DNA of 63,807 nt, the filler included, from Octopus bimaculoides (Eukaryota): NCBI RefSeq assembly GCF_001194135.2. It is 6 parts of 6 records of this genome, joined end to end, with 100 filler letters (N's around TTAATTAATTAA, not from the genome) between each part and the next. Parts side by side here need not be neighbours in the genome. Positions count along the whole stretch, not along the records: positions 35,789 to 46,742 come from NC_068999.1; positions 46,843 to 58,562 come from NC_068985.1; 4 more parts are not named here. One strand, given 5' to 3'. Numbering within the stretch: position 1 is the stretch's first letter; the number at the start of each line of letters is the position of its first letter. Of this stretch, positions 41,833 through 54,784 are shown one piece after another. A model generated the notes under the pieces. It did no database searches. It worked only from the letters and a program-made list of their open reading frames with translations, and had not been told where the DNA came from. Made by a program: the position numbers and the translations under genes.

Positions 41833-42199
41833 NNNNNNNNNNNNNNNNNNNNNNNNNNNNNNNNNNNNNNNNNNNNNNNNNNNNNNNNNNNNNNNNNNNN
41901 NNNNNNNNNNNNNNNNNNNNNNNNNNNNNNNNCGCACACAATCCCGACACCACATCTTCTGGTGCATCTAAATTCACATCAATGTGTAAACTATTACGTG
42001 CAACGATTTCTAAATTGCAACAATCAACCAGAAAAGAACAACAACAAGAAGAAGAAGAACAGGAACAACTACAAATAAGACCATGCGCATACCAAAGCCA
42101 CCTACCATCTCCGCCCCACCACCACAACGACAACAAGAAGCATAACAAAAACAACAATAATGATGACGATGGCGGCATTTCAACGGTAAAAACAAGCAC

Positions 42200-42382
42200 T
42201 CGCTTGATTACCAGCATATCATCGTCACCATCATCACTATCATCATCACTATCATCATCATCATCATCATCATCATCATCGTCATCATCGTCATCGTCAT
42301 CATCATCATCATCATCACCATCATCATCATCATNNNNNNNNNNATCATCATCATCATCGTCATCATCGTCATCGTCATCATC

Positions 42383-42414
<32 letters not shown>

Positions 42415-42515
42415 CATCATCATCGTCATCATCATCATCATCGTCATCGTCACCATCATCACTATCATCATTATCATCATCATTATCATCATCATCATCG
42501 TCATCATCGTCATCG

Positions 42516-42556
<41 letters not shown>
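42200..42556. repeat. (CAT)n/(CGT) triplet microsatellite
   Basis: Read directly; contains a 10-N gap. Confidence 0.95.
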
Positions 42557-42626
42557 TCTCTCTATATAATTATTTATATAGATATATATACTTGTATAAA
42601 TACATATATGTGTATCTATATAAATG

Positions 42627-42658
<32 letters not shown>

Positions 42659-42707
42659 AATATATACATATATTAATGTGCTTCACTTATACAAATATAT
42701 TTATCTA

Positions 42708-42747
<40 letters not shown>

Positions 42748-43001
42748 NNNNNNNNNNNNNNNNNNNNNNNNNNNNNNNNNNNNNNNNNNNNNNNNNNNNN
42801 NNNNNNNNNNNNNNNNNNNNNNNNNNNNNNNNNNNNNNNNNNNNNNNNNNNNNNNNNNNNNNNNNNNNNNNNNNNNNNNNNNNNNNNNNNNNNNNNNNNN
42901 NNNNNNNNNNNNNNNNNNNNNNNNNNNNNNNNNNNNNNNNNNNNNNNNNNNNNNNNNNNNNNNNNNNNNNNNNNNNNNNNNNNNNNNNNNNNNNNNNNNN
43001 N

Positions 43002-43047
<46 letters not shown>

Positions 43048-43838
43048 TCGTATGTATATACAGATGTTTGTATTCATATATATACGTGTATGGTATAATT
43101 TATTTGATAACTCTATTACTGTTATAGAAATGAATGGAAGTTTACAAAAATGCCTACTGGCTTATGGAAGCGTCTTATATAAAGATTGTTTGATAATATA
43201 ATGACCCTGCCATTAATATTATTTATTGGACTGCGTGGCCCGAGTAGAAGAGCCATAAAACATTTTCTATTATTACACTTATGTTTCTACACAAGGATTT
43301 AAAAATATGTTTTCTAGTTACATTACATTCTTTGCATTTTGATTTTCTATATTATTATTAAGCAGTCCCCGCTCTCGCACCCGTTACCCGCTTCAGGATT
43401 AAAAAAAAATGAAATATACGGAAAGAAAATATACATGGGTTATATATTTTGTTTTTACTTTCAGAAATAGACCCATAAATTTAACTACAATCGATCGAAT
43501 TGTATACGCTTAGATATATGCAGACATACACACACAAGCATATGGCAATACATGGAAAGGCACGCATGCAATATGTATACTCATTTGTAAGTATACCTAC
43601 CTCTGTTAATATACGACGCATGCGTTTGTATACACACATGCATACATACCTATACATACATATATATGTACATATATATATAATGCAAAACAACGAAATG
43701 CAAACAGTGATCACGTATATGAACCAAAGAATTCTTGAATACATAGAGTAAACTCCAAGTCATATTGGAAGAAAGTTATTGAGCGAAACACAAGAAATAA
43801 AATCGTGGAAGTACCTAAGTTTGTACGTACACATGCGT

Positions 43839-43869
<31 letters not shown>

Positions 43870-44599
43870 NNNNNNNNNNNNNNNNNNNNNNNNNNNNNNN
43901 NNNNNNNNNNNNNNNNNNNNNNNNNNNNNNNNNNNNNNNNNNNNNNNNNNNNNNNNNNNNNNNNNNNNNNNNNNNNNNNNNNNNNNNNNNNNNNNNNNNN
44001 NNNNNNNNNNNNNNNNNNNNNNNNNNNNNNNNNNNNNNNNNNNNNNNNNNNNNNNNNNNNNNNNNNNNNNNNNNNNNNNNNNNNNNNNNNNNNNNNNNNN
44101 NNNNNNNNNNNNNNNNNNNNNNNNNNNNNNNNNNNNNNNNNNNNNNNNNNNNNNNNNNNNNNNNNNNNNNNNNNNNNNNNNNNNNNNNNNNNNNNNNNNN
44201 TATATATATTGCCTGTATGTATGTACATTCTCCATTTTTGGTTTGATTGGTGCTTTAGAGCATTATTGGATCAGCACCATGCTCGTTCGGTTGCAATATC
44301 GTAAAGAAAATGTATTTTTAAAAATACGGTGCCTTGTTCTTTTTTGTCATCGGTTGCGCAACCATTCACCCTTTAAATTTTAAGGCCTTGTATATTTTTA
44401 TTGTCCCCGGTATCATGATCATCGACAGCCAATGCAGATCGAAGCTTCGCTGTTTTCTAAGAATCAAAGTTTTTCTATAGTTTGATTCATGTGGTTTGCT
44501 TCATATCCTCTCACTCCAGTAATAGGAGGATGAGAACTGAAAATTTATTTTGGCAGTTCGGTTTGCGAACTTTCTAACAGAATAGTTATCATCTTTGCC

Positions 44600-45540
44600 T
44601 CTATGGAATTTTAATCATAAGTAGTTAAATTTCGTCACAGAATATCGGAATGGGTATTCAACTGAGGATTCGCGCGCAACTTTGTAAAATTGACTTCTTT
44701 TGTTCGACAACTGCTATTTTATGTTTTGGTTCAACCAGTATTCATGTTCGCTAAAAATATAATATTCAGTAAGAAAATGAAATGTAGAGAACTCGCGGTT
44801 GTGTAGGCCAAAATTCAAAGAGTGTTTGTGAATGAAAAACATCAGTCAGTTAAAAATTAGACCCCTGGGTGCATTCTTGGGTACCTGTGTATGGAATGAA
44901 TACTATCCAAGATAAGGAAGCAATAATTTGTTGAAGAATCTCGTCGATCTGTGTGTAAGTGGGAAATATCGTCTTACCCAGGATAAGACGTTCATGATTG
45001 TATATCGTATCAAATATTGTTGTAAAGCAGCTTAAAGTAGATTACCTTTATCTTCCTGGTTCTGAAATCATGGAACGATACTACTTGTAGGATCACAATA
45101 ATACATTGATGTAACAAAGAATGGCTATAATGAAAATGTCCATTTCTAAAGTTCGGACGAACCTTTTCTCTGAGTGTCGGATAGACGATACTTCCTTAAG
45201 CGTAACGTTTCCATTTTTTTTTCAGGTATGATATTTACCTGTACAGTAACTGAGGATTATGTCCACAAGCCATTGTCAGGTTGATGCTAGCAGCGATATT
45301 GAAATAAAATTCTTTATATATTTCAATGAAGTGCATCCATAGTAGAGACCGTGATGTTGAACGTGATCGGCAAACCATCATGGCTATACAGCCCACAAGT
45401 ATGGCGACACTATTCCTGAAAGTATCTAGGATGAATTGTCTTGAATTGTCAGATCAAATCTGTCATAGTTGCCGATGTAGCTATTATGGCGATTTGATGG
45501 GATTCCATTCTCGAATTATTAGGCATCGAAAATAGCCAGC
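44600..45540 (-). mobile_element. Possible ancient CR1-like LINE RT relic
   Basis: Fragmentary minus-strand peptides VNIIPEKKNG, VIYF...DTIYNHERLI and TQGS...LMFFIH fall in the order expected for PIxKKG, VIYFDFxKAFDxVxHxRL and PQGSxLGPLLF. Many frameshifts. Confidence 0.35.
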
Positions 45541-45546
45541 AGAATG

Positions 45547-45599
<53 letters not shown>

Positions 45600-46284
45600 A
45601 ATAATAATAATAATAGATGCGCGTGTGTTGGTGTAAAGTTATCTCTGTCTATGCCTGTCTTACTCTCTTTATATATATATATATANNNNNNNNNNNNNNN
45701 NNNNNNNNNNNNNNNNNNNNNNNNNNNNNNNNNNNNNNNNNNNNNNNNNNNNNNNNNNNNNNNNNNNNNNNNNNNNNNNNNNNNNNNNNNNNNNNNNNNN
45801 NNNNNNNNNNNNNNNNNNNNNNNNNNNNNNNNNNNNNNNNNNNNNNNNNNNNNNNNNNNNNNNNNNNNNNNNNNNNNNNNNNNNNNNNNNNNNNNNNNNN
45901 NNNNNNNNNNNNNNNNNNNNNNNNNNNNNNNNNNNNNNNNNNNNNNNNNNNNNNNNNNNNNNNNNNNNNNNNNNNNNNNNNNNNNNNNNNNNNNNNNNNN
46001 NNNNNNNNNNNNNNNNNNNNNNNNNNNNNNNNNNNATATATATATATATACATATAAATATATATGTATATATACATCCATAAAAACATACATACATATT
46101 TACACGAAGATATGGACACACACACACACGGACACACATACATATATTACTATGTATATTTTTTTTTACTATCTAACAACTTATTACCAAATTTATGCAC
46201 TCCCTTCTTAACCCACATAAATATATATCTCATTATACATATTTCTGAACCCATCTCACTGTTCCTATCACTCTCCTTTTCACT

Positions 46285-46344
<60 letters not shown>

Positions 46345-46493
46345 TGCTCTCTTCCCCTATTTCCCGCAAAAGGTGCTCTGTGAGTCAAGCGCAGTGAACA
46401 GAAAATTCTACAAATATCTTAATAAATCAAATTATCGCTATTGCCGAAAATGGAATGGACAATTTCAAGGAGGCTGAGAGCAATATATTGCAG

Positions 46494-46621
46494 ATACCAA
46501 GCAGAATGCAATGTTATAATCATGGGTATTCATTCAAGGGGATTGGAGTTCTTCTGTAATTACAATACAAAGTGTGTACCACAGCATCATGGATGCTGTT
46601 CACAAAGACGTACATGCGAAG
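46494..46621 (+). CDS. Candidate Cys-rich exon (unassigned)
   Basis: ttgcag|A...GAAG|gtactt; open as YQAECNVIIMGIHSRGLEFFCNYNTKCVPQHHGCCSQRRTCE with phases 2 to 1, like exon 51681. The acceptor is weak. Confidence 0.2.
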
Positions 46622-46642
46622 GTACTTATACAACACACACAC

Positions 46643-46698
<56 letters not shown>

Positions 46699-46842
46699 AT
46701 AAATTAATAGATAGATACACATATATATATATGATTCATGTANNNNNNNNNNNNNNNNNNNNNNNNNNNNNNNNNNNNNNNNNNNNTTAATTAATTAANN
46801 NNNNNNNNNNNNNNNNNNNNNNNNNNNNNNNNNNNNNNNNNN

Positions 46843-47517
46843 GGAAACAGGTTGTTATTTTCCAGGTGCTTACTCAATCTCAGCGATATTATTGCAGTAA
46901 AGGCTTTGTAGATCGTAGGGAGACAGGTTATAGGTCTATAGTTTTGTGGTTTCTCCGTTTCCGTGGATTTGGGAATTAAGATGGTTCTCCCTTTCGTGAA
47001 CCATTCAGGCATTGTCTCTGGCTCTGCTAGTATGTTGTTAAAGTTTTCTGCCAGTTTTTATGCATTCCTGGTAGGTATTTTAACCAGAAGTTGGGGATCT
47101 TGTCGTGTCCAGGTGCCTTCCAGTTGCTTAGTCTTTGCAGTGTCTGGGTGACCTCTTCAGTTGTTACAGGGGCCCAGAGTTGCTCAGGTGCTAAGTTCGT
47201 TGTTTTAATGGTCCTTTTCTGGGGTTGTTGCTTCACCGACCATATTTGTTTCCAGAATTCTTCCAGTTCTTCTGCTGTTGGTGCTGCAGTAATGTCTATT
47301 TTATTTTTACCCAGTTCTTGGTAGAGTTTTTTGGGGGTTGGATTTGAACCGTTTGTTTTGTTCAAAGACACGTTCGCGTTTCTCATACCGGCAGATCCTT
47401 TGTGCTTTGGCAAGGATATCTTGCTTTAGTTTTTCTTTTGCCTCAGGTAAGTCTTTTTCTGTAATGCTGTATTTGTACAGTATTTTTGTTTTCTTCTTGT
47501 TACTTAGTTGTGTTTTT
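46843..47517 (-). mobile_element. R4/Dong-like LINE fragment (pre-RT and RT N-terminus), cut by a gap
   Basis: KKLYQELGK...EELEEFWKQIW...LSNWKAPGHDKIPNFWLK...PEWFTKGRTILIPKSTETEKPQNYRPITCLPTIYK. The 5' junction is in (TAA)n. Confidence 0.9.
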
Positions 47518-47540
47518 ATTATTATTATTAATATTATTAA

Positions 47541-47630
<90 letters not shown>

Positions 47631-47869
47631 AGGCGACGAGCTGGCAAAATCTTTCGCACCGAGGTTGATGTAACCGACATCCTCCTCACCTCAAAATTGC
47701 TGATCTTGTGCCAAAGTTAATAAAAATTATTGTTGTTGTTTACTTTTAAACTGCTCGTTTGCTACAATCACTTGCCGCGACATAGGGCGAGTGAAGGATA
47801 AGAGATGCTACAGTATGACAGAAAGCTTGGGGAGAGGAATTGGCAAGGGCAGTAGCGAAATATCTTCAT

Positions 47870-50634
47870 GTTGTACAACACGGAAATATAAAATGAAAAG
47901 GTTTTCTGTGAACAGTACTTGTCAGCAGAATCTTTCGGATTTCTCTATGACATGGTCCTCAGCTATATTTTTATAGCTATATTTTTATCAGCGGGAACAC
48001 TTACATCTATTAGTATACCAGTATTTTCCTCCCTGTCTTTAACGATTATGTCTGGTCAATTAGCTTGGGTCATTCTGTCGGTGTTGACTGGAAAATCCTA
48101 GAGGATAGTGACATTTTTACCTCCAGCGACTGGCTTATGATGACGTTCATACCAGTAAGCAGGAATGCCGATTTTGTAGTGTCTACATATTTTCCAATTA
48201 AAACCTGTCCTACCATATCGTGGCGGTTTTTGTATTCATTTGGTGTCAGTACAGGACATCCCGAGACGCGATGGTGTATTGTTTCCTCAAATGTGTTGCA
48301 GAATCTGCATTTAGAGTAAGAACCGTTTTGAGGAACGTTAGCCTGGTAGTTTCTGGTAACCCAGCTTTGATCATGTGCCGCCAATAGGAAACATTCAGTA
48401 TCTGCTTTTCGTCTTGAGCTTCTCATCCGCTGATGCGTTGTTGCTTGGCCTACGTAAGCATTTCGACTTCGAAGAATATACTGTCCACGAGTAGATTCTA
48501 GCTCCACCTCACCCCAGTTTCTTTCTGCCCGTTCTTTTTGTAGTCTGCTTTATCCGTTTTGCTTGTTCGGTGACAGGGATTTCAGGTTCTTCATCTAATT
48601 CAAGGTTAATGCCAAGTTCCCTTGCGAATTCGCAAGCTCCCTTGACAATAGCATGTGACATTTTGCTGCTTTCTCTTTGCACACAAGCCGCAGCATCCAG
48701 TCCTCTATACTAGATAAGTACCTGATCATTGCTATTATAGAGTTGTTATAGTACAGTTCTACCTGCATCATCCTTTCCCCCCCCCATTACTTCTAGGTAG
48801 ATACAGACGATCAACCTCTGCTTTTGAATGATGCATGTTCTTAGACATTAGTAGTTTCCTTATCTTCCTGTCTAGGCGTTGAAGTTCCGTAGCATTCCAG
48901 TTAATGATTGGACTGTATTGGACTACTGGAAAGATCTTATATATCTCAAGGGTATTCAGTTATGGGGGACAGTAATGAATGCTTTCCTGTAGTCTGTCCA
49001 TGCCATACTCAGGTTCGTCTTTTTGCTCCGGTAATTCTCTGTAATCCTTTTATTTATGAGTAATTGATCTTTGCAGCTATATGAATTTCTTTTACAACCT
49101 TTTTGAGCTAGTGGAAAGATTGAGTTCTATTCATGTAAAGCGTATATTCTGTCAGTTAATATGGATGTGAGGATCTTGTAGGTGGTGTTGAGACATGTTA
49201 TGGGTCGGTAATTCTTCGGAATTTCTGTGTCTTCAGTTTTTCTAAGAAAGTATGTTATTCTTCCAGTCAGCCAGGCAGGTGTTTGCTCTAGGATCTGGAT
49301 GACACCAGTCAGAGATGCAGCGAAATGTTGGTGTACTTCTGTCAAACAATTCAGCCAGAATTTAGGGATCCGGTCAAATCCTAGGGTTTTCCATTTATGA
49401 GACTTTCTAAGAACACATCTTAGCTCTTTTATTCCTATTGCCTTCCATTTCTGCTCTTCAACTTCATCCAGTTTCACTTTCTCACGCTCTATCCAGTCAG
49501 TTTCAGCATTATATCCTTTTTTTTTGTTGCTCTATATCTTCTTCCAGAACTCTTCTATTTCCTCAGGCTTAGGTGGCTCCTTGACTTCTATCTTACTTTT
49601 GCCAATTTCCCTTAATAATTTCTTAGCATCCGTCTTGAATACTTTGTTTTCTCGATAAAATTTGATTCTTTTATCATACCTTCTACATCATTGAGCCTTC
49701 GCTGTTTCAACAGTCCTTTGCTTGCAGGGAAGTTTATAAAATTTTTGACTTTATATTTTTGCTTGATATTTTGCTCAATATTTACTATCTCTAGTTCATC
49801 GAGAACTGATACATCCGCCCGCAGAGATTCAATCTCTTTTTGTATTGCTGCTTTCCACTTAGGAAGTTTTTTTATATGATTGGTCCTTTTCCGTGTCGTC
49901 CTGATACATAGTTGAGCAGTTACAACTTTACCAGTGGACTAGATGTGGTTATTTAAGGTTGTTAGGTCATTTCTCTTATTTCTTAAGATCTAAGAGCAAC
50001 GTTATACATCATGATTATGTTTCTCCATAATCTGTATGTTTGTATAATGAGGTTATTGTCTGGGTTTAGTTGGGCTGTATAGAAAGCTTTCAAAACATCT
50101 CTGTAATCCTCTCTAGTATATTTTATGCGTTTTTCTTTAGGTGGTGTTTTTGGTGGCTTCACTGCCTGTCGAGGGCTAGGGTTATCCTAGTTCTGGCTAC
50201 CTGGTAGTTTTTTCTTTTTTTTTTTGGAAGTTTGTTCCAGCAGCAGACTTTTTGACCTCAGTCTGCTTCCCCACTGGGTAACGCGCTCCTTGTTATCCCG
50301 AGCGATGACGGATCCGGCATGAGATTTTGCTTGTCATTAAAACATTGACGGTGACATTAGGAGACGGGTTTTTTTTGTTTAGAGTTGACTTTTTTGACAT
50401 GACATCGTTTTTGTTTTCTTCGAATGGATATATTTATCGTATAGTAGTTGCATGAAACTAATAGATCAGCATTCGGCTCTAATTTTTTTGATAGCTATGT
50501 TTCTGGGCATAAATCTTTAGTGATGTTTTAATCTGAGTGACTCATTTGCTTCTTTTATCAGAGTGACTAATTTGCTCCTTTGTGGAAAGTCGCTTTGTTT
50601 TTGTTTCGATTTCCGTCGCTTGTAACACGTGTTT
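47870..50634 (-). mobile_element. Near full-length R4/Dong-like LINE with internal RT deletion
   Basis: N-terminal region, RT start (PKNYRPITCLNTTYKILT...AWTDYRKAF), thumb region, CCHC knuckle (KCRFCNTFEETIHHRVSGC) and REL remnants, in that order. QGD and YxDD motifs are missing at a junction near 48930. Confidence 0.85.
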
Positions 50635-50672
50635 TATTATTATTATCATTACTATTATTATTGTTGTTTTTG

Positions 50673-50789
<117 letters not shown>

Positions 50790-50796
50790 CATTATT

Positions 50797-51357
50797 ACTG
50801 AGAGAGCAGCACATGTCATCAAGGTGACACTGAGATATAAATACACGAAGCCCAATGTACCCATCATGAATACCCCCTCAGATAAAGCTACACTAGGCAC
50901 ATGCATCACAACCATATGTGCGCAACATTGTGATTTCCTTAACAAGATAAATAGCGCTGGACTTTGCAGGTGGGGCCCAGTTAGAATTTCCTTCAGCTCG
51001 AGTAGCCCATCCCGCACAAAAGGTCCCTGAATAAGGTTTGTTTAAGAATGTTGAACGAAACACCCATGTTTCCAGAGGTGAATTATTCAAACCCCAAAGA
51101 ATTCCTTTCAACAAATGGCTTTGATGCGCACCCCTGCCAACTATTTCTACTCATGATTAGAGATGCACATATTGTCAGCCAAGGGACATGGCTAAATGGT
51201 AAAAGTCAAGCAAGTGAGAAGCAAATCTGTGGTATTCAGTAGAATATTTGCTGTAGCCCATCTTTTATACCAAGACAAAACAAGTACATGATAACACTTC
51301 CAATCAGTTAAGATCAGAGGCCATGAAAGCCACTGCCTGGCACTGCATCAGAGCATA
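50797..51357 (+). mobile_element. Interspersed repeat, SINE-like (family E)
   Basis: gagagagcagcacatgtcatcaaggtgacactg...gcaggtggggcccagttagaattt...gcactgcatcagagcat between (ATT)n tracts. I recognise it as a recurrent octopus repeat, but there is only one copy in this window. Confidence 0.5.
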
Positions 51358-51399
51358 TTATTATTATTGTTGTTATTTTTGTTGTGGTTGTTGTTTTTA

Positions 51400-51599
51400 T
51401 GAAGGCGGTGAGCTTGCAAAATTGTTGGCACCGAGGTCGATGTAATCAACGTCATACCCCTCACCTCAAAATTGCTGTTCTTGTGCCAAAGTTAATAAAA
51501 AATCATTATATAAATTAAGCACCAGTGAAACACTGGGGTCAATGTAATCGACTCATCCCCTCCCCCAAAATGGCTAACCTTGTGGTAAAATTTGAAACA

Positions 51600-51600
<1 letters not shown>
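51400..51600 (+). mobile_element. SINE family B, two partial copies
   Basis: aaggcggtgagcttgcaaaattgttggcac...; taaattaagcaccagtgaaacactggggtcaatgtaatcgac...aaaatttgaaac. Confidence 0.7.
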
Positions 51601-51656
<56 letters not shown>

Positions 51657-51680
51657 GTCGTTATCATTATTATATTCCAG

Positions 51681-51832
51681 CACGGGTACAATATTGCAGT
51701 ATATCAACTTCGGGGTATCTCAAAAACATTCGTGCATTGATTTTATCGATACGTTCAATGATACTTGGGTAATCAATTATAAACAATGTGGCTACGGAAG
51801 CGTAAATATACCATTTATTAGATGTGCAAATG
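51681..51832 (+). CDS. Exon: probable C-terminal half of a divergent SRCR domain
   Basis: ttccag|C...AATG|gtaagt, 152 nt, open as TGTILQYINFGVSQKHSCIDFIDTFNDTWVINYKQCGYGSVNIPFIRCAN. It ends in phase 1 and splices in frame to 52703. Confidence 0.7.
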
Positions 51833-52702
51833 GTAAGTAATGAATACTGGCTAAATATGAATGTTTGAAAAAGGAAAATTAAATGTTTTTGTCGAGTGTA
51901 TTATAAAATTTTAGAGTTCCAAAAATTAACTACTTTAGTTCGGCAACTGGTGGTTAACCAAGAGACGTAAGATGGCATTATTTTCAAAGTGGTGCGCCTT
52001 GTGGTTTTGTAATGCTTTCTGTTGATTTAGGGCGCCTTATTCGTCTAATATTTAAAATATTAGATTTAGTGACTATTTTACATTAGATTACTGCTTTCTA
52101 GAATTGTCTTATTCTGTAAAACATTTTTCCCCGAAGTTATATTTACGTTATACTCTTTATATTTGTTAACTCTTCACAAACGGACACCTTCGTTCTCTTT
52201 CATATTAAGCACTTCTAAGTAATTCCAGACATCAATGTTTGTATTTAATTGTGATAAAATTTATAAATTGAAATAAAATACGTAAGTTTTAAAAAAGAAA
52301 CTATATATATATTTTACGGAAAAGGATCAAAAGGGTTGAAATAAATTTAATCATTAGCAAACCGAGCTGTGAGAAAAATACAAGAATGTAAACATATTGC
52401 CTTTATGCTTTCGAACAATGAGGTAAGGATTCTCTTGATGGATTATTTCTTGTTTGTTGACTTCTCCTTAGAGAAGATGTACCTGATTTCTTTCCCCAAT
52501 CAAGAGTAAAATACTAAAACTGAATGTTAAAAGACAATGAAATCCTCACAACGCCAATGTTAAATTAATAGAGAGTTCAGAACTTTAGAGTTTTTTTAAG
52601 GCGTACTGTTACTAACAGGGTAAGCCCGAAATGAGAACTTAATTACGAAATATTCAATTTTTTTTTCTAACAATCTTTTGTAATTTTGACGTTTTTCTTT
52701 AG

Positions 52703-52838
52703 AAATCTACCGAGTCATTGGAAAGGATGAAAACGAAGGTCGTCTAGAGGTAAATATAAATGGAGTTTGGGGAAATCTATGCAGTACTTCGTGGAACAAC
52801 ACGGGTGCAACACTTGCCTGCAATGCGCTTGGATTTGA
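52703..52838 (+). CDS. Exon: N-terminal half of an SRCR (scavenger receptor cysteine-rich) domain
   Basis: gtttttctttag|AA...TTTGA|gtaagt, 136 nt. (E)IYRVIGKDENEGRLEVNINGVWGNLCSTSWNNTGATLACNALGF matches the SRCR consensus EGRVEV...G.WGTVC...W....A.VVCRQLGF. Confidence 0.9.
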
Positions 52839-53148
52839 GTAAGTAATAGCGTTTACCTTTTGCAATACTTTCGTAATTTTTTTTTTCTTTTGTTATAATG
52901 GATAATAGCATTCTTTACCGTTAAATACTGAAACTAAGACGACATTGTGTGAATTTACTCGATCATCATCATCAACTATTTTTAATATTCTTATTTTACC
53001 ACTCGCATACAAACAATTGTTGAATATAAAAAGCCTACAGTCTTAGAAGAGTACTTCATTCATTGTTGAAGACAGACAGCCAATAAGCAATTCAGGTTAG
53101 TGTTTGTAGCAATGTTTATATACATACATAAATACATACTTATGTGTA

Positions 53149-53199
<51 letters not shown>

Positions 53200-53202
53200 A
53201 CG

Positions 53203-53245
<43 letters not shown>

Positions 53246-54096
53246 NNNNNNNNNNNNNNNNNNNNNNNNNNNNNNNNNNNNNNNNNNNNNNNNNNNNNNN
53301 NNNNNNNNNNNNNNNNNNNNNNNNNNNNNNNNNNNNNNNNNNNNNNNNNNNNNNNNNNNNNNNNNNNNNNNNNNNNNNNNNNNNNNNNNNNNNNNNNNNN
53401 NNNNNNNNNNNNNNNNNNNNNNNNNNNNNNNNNNNNNNNNNNNNNNNNNNNNNNNNNNNNNNNNNNNNNNNNNNNNNNNNNNNNNNNNNNNNNNNNNNNN
53501 NNNNNNNNNNNNNNNNNNNNNNNNNNNNNNNNNNNNNNNNNNNNNNNNNNNNNNNNNNNNNNNNNNNNNNNNNNNNNNNNNNNNNNNNNNNNNNNNNNNN
53601 NNNNNNNNNNNNNNNNNNNNNNNNNNNNNNNNNNNNNNNNNNNNNNNNNNNNNNNNNNNNNATACATATATATATATATATAAACATAATCATAAATATG
53701 GGTTGTTATATCAATGGTCCAGTCTTATCAATCGATCAGATGATCGACTGAAAATATGGGTACTATTACCGACAGGTAATTATCTTCAGAGCCAAAACAA
53801 CTCAACTTCCTGGTATAGTAATCCCTTATTAATCCTTCTTTGTTCACATGTGCATATATATAATCTCTATTTCAAGCTTTGATTCGATACTCACTACCAT
53901 GATTTCAAACCACCCTGTTATTTAAATGCTTATTATTCATTTATACTTGGCAAAAATCTCGAAGCTTGTTCCGGTCTAGAATTTATTACATTAACCTTGA
54001 ATGCAAAAATCTAGTAAAATTCTTCTAAACACAGATCACATTTTGGGGTTCCAGATCTGTATGGTTTTGCAGAACAAATCATTAGTCAATACTTAT

Positions 54097-54190
<94 letters not shown>

Positions 54191-54406
54191 ATACATACAC
54201 GCACACATACTCACACACATTTATATATATTTACAAGCATACATATGCATGTTCAAACTTGTACATATATATATATACATATACATATAGGTATATGTAT
54301 ACATACATGTACATATATATTGACATGCATACATACATATATGTACATATACATACTTATATATATATATGTGTGTATATATGCATATATATATGTATAA
54401 GTATGA

Positions 54407-54453
<47 letters not shown>

Positions 54454-54455
54454 AG

Positions 54456-54492
<37 letters not shown>

Positions 54493-54751
54493 ATAAATAT
54501 GTATGAATATATGAATGTATGCATGTGTATATATACACATATATATATGCATATATATATATCTATGTGTATGTGTGTGTGTGTGTGTGTGTAGTAACAA
54601 AAAGGGAGGAGAAGAATTTCGATTATCTCCACGTGGTGAGTTGTAATGCAAGAATATGCATATATCAAGTAAAAAAATGGAAAATGCACACAGATTTCAT
54701 AGTTTTAATATATTTTTTAATATATTTTATAAGTAAAAGAGTATTGTGTGT

Positions 54752-54784
54752 TGCCGACCGGTTTCGCTTTCGCTAATCATGACA
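54752..54784 (-). ncRNA. Minimal type-I hammerhead ribozyme relic in the 3' region of the Penelope-like element
   Basis: TGTC ATGATTA GC GAAA GC GAAA C CG G TC GGCA: GAAA-capped stem II, palindromic ACCGGT stem III, GUC triplet, 4-bp stem I; two substitutions in CTGATGA. Confidence 0.7.

Noticed and set aside
53722-53774. Phase-2 candidate for the exon following 52838 (LINRSDDRLKIWVLLPT)
   Set aside because: Weak acceptor and none of the cysteines needed to complete an SRCR domain.
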